Shown here one piece after another: positions 59,128 to 64,000 of a stretch of 64,000 bases of DNA. The notes beneath the pieces were generated by a model. It worked only from the letters and a program-made list of their open reading frames with translations. It made no database searches and had not been told where the DNA came from. This DNA comes from the human T2T-CHM13v2.0 reference genome, Homo sapiens. The first letter of the stretch is position 1. Each line of letters opens with the position of its first letter. A program made the position numbers and the translations under genes. The stretch lies in the NCBI RefSeq assembly GCF_009914755.1, contig NC_060934.1; one strand, given 5' to 3'.

Positions 59128-59989
59128 TAACAGTAACAACTTCTCAGACTCTTTAGCGAGAGATAATTTTAGCTCCCTGCCCCATTCTAATTCACTGGTT
59201 TCCAAACTTGTCACTGTGTCTTCATGCTGACATTCTAGGCACTCCTCGTCTCGGCTCCCCTATCTTTATTTCATCTTTGGGCTAGCTTTCCTCCCCCAGA
59301 CAGAAGCAGCCTGGATGCTCTGCCTGTAGCTCTTATTAAACAGGCTTGAAATACCTGGTCCCCTCTTAACCTGCTCTGAAATATTTCTTCTTACACACCT
59401 CTGTAAAAGCATTTTACGATCCCCCATATTAATCCCTGTTTTTTTTTTTTTGTCAGCGCTGCATAATTGTACCATGAGCCACGATCCTAAGTCAAGAGAC
59501 CTTTCTCTCACCAGTGCAGATGATTGCTCCCTCCAGGTGTGTAGGAGGGAGGATGGCATGGCTTTCATCAAACCGTGAGCTTTTTCAGAACTTCCAACCC
59601 ACCATAAAGCTCATCTGAAGAATGTTTGCTTTTCCCTGTCAAATATTTCTCTGATCCAAAGTCTGTTAACAATTTAAACGTCAAATCCCCCTCTAAGGTT
59701 ACTGAACGGGTATCTCTTTTTGTTATGAAGTGAAGGTGTGTAATTATTCCAGCCAGGTTCGAAGTCACCTGATCTGAGCTGGTCTTTCTCCTGGGGATGC
59801 TCTGTGAGTATTAAATTCCCAAGTTCCCTTCCCAAGCTGGCAGTGCGACATAACCAAACAGCTATCCGATAGCTGCTTTTGGAAGGCAGCAAACTTCTGC
59901 CAGGCTTAGAGGAACCTGTTTCACGCAAACATGCGCAGCTTATGGGGGATCATCTTGGGACTAGTGTGCAGGCCCAGGCAATTGAGTAA

Positions 59990-60535
<546 letters not shown>

Positions 60536-60655
60536 TAGTGCAGTGGCACGATCTTGGCTCACTGCAACCTCTGCCTCCCTCGTTCAAGCGATTCTTGTGC
60601 CTCACCCTCCACCGAGTAGCTAGGATTACAGGTGCCCACCACCATGCCTAACTAA

Positions 60656-61075
<420 letters not shown>

Positions 61076-61260
61076 TGAGCCACTGCACCTGGCTCATCTC
61101 TATTTTCTTTCGCCAAGAATCCTTTGTAGTACCCAAATTTCATGATGTCATGGGAGTGGAGTTAAATTGGAACCACTTACATTACATGACCAATTAAAGT
61201 CCGCTTTAACTACAATGACTAATAGGTCAATCCTGTTAGTGTAACATTCTGTTCCTGTCA

Positions 61261-63080
<1,820 letters not shown>

Positions 63081-64000
63081 GCAATCATAGGGCATAAATT
63101 ACCTTGATCAGCTTCCTTTCTGAGAGCAAACATTAACTGGGAGGAGAAAGTAAATTCTTCCGGGCACGGTGGCTCACGCCTGTAATCCCAGCACTTTGGC
63201 GAGCGGATCAACTGAGGTCGGGAGTTCGAGACCAGCCTGACCAACATGGAGAAACCTCGTCTCTACTAAAAATGCAAAATTAGCCAGGCGTGGTGGCGCA
63301 TGCCTGTAATCCCAGCTACTCAGGAGGCTGAGGCAGGAGAATCACTTGAACCCAGGAGGCGGAATTTGCAGTGAGCCGAGATTACACCATTGCACTCCAT
63401 TATGGGCAACAAGAGCAAAACTCCATCTCAAAAAGAAAGAAAGAAAGAAAGAAAATATAGATGAGTGAAGCCTCTGCATGGTCTGGATTCATGTTTGAGG
63501 CATGTCCTACACCACCATCCATGGACTCTTGTCAAATTGCTGCTATTGTCAATGAAAACATCCACATGGCCTATGCTCCATCCCAGTGGGAAAAAGATAC
63601 TCCCTGGCCTAGCGCTATTCCACCTCTAAACATCTGCGATTCCGCAGGTTCTTAGTTTACTTCTGTAGGGAAGTGCTCACATTTGTTTCTTATTGGAACA
63701 TTTGGGGGAAAAATGTGTATGAGAAGAGCCAAAAGGAACATCAACTTGGGAACACCCTTTTGGAAATGAGGATGGAGCTGTGGCTTAGACTTCAAGGAAG
63801 CTGTTGAAACCTAACACAGGATGAGGCCCCCAAAGAAAGCTGGTGGTTGAACCCCAGGATTCGGCAGTCCAGTCACTGCTTACAAGAGTTGCTATTCCTC
63901 AGGGCATCTCCTTGCTTCCATTTCTTTCATTTGTCCTTACGGGGATAGTGGGTGAAATCGAGGAGGAGAAACCAAGGGGTCCCCACTGTGAAGGTAAAGA

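Overview
Primate (recognisably human, chr10p13-type) genomic DNA. It contains the complete SEPHS1 gene (selenophosphate synthetase 1) on the minus strand, about 510-31340, with one non-coding and eight coding exons. I assembled the coding exons by hand across GT-AG junctions into a 1179-nt CDS (392 aa, [10 protein letters not shown]...TPGATS). A large CpG-island promoter lies at about 30130-32000. The remaining ~32 kb is Alu-saturated intergenic DNA with MaLR and MER41A LTRs, L1, L2 and DNA-transposon relics, and no further gene that I can support. The most notable unexplained structure is a ~370-bp retrocopy in intron 8 with TSDs and a poly(A) tail, carrying a SPIN1-like segment. Its antisense poly(A) tail forms a strong 3' splice site that would give SEPHS1 a truncating D-V-Q-stop exon. 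Also notable: two inverted Alus flanking exon 8 share private mutations, there is a templated-insertion scar in intron 7, and a tandem Alu-monomer array lies upstream. Repeat subfamily names come from recognition of consensus motifs, not from a RepeatMasker run.
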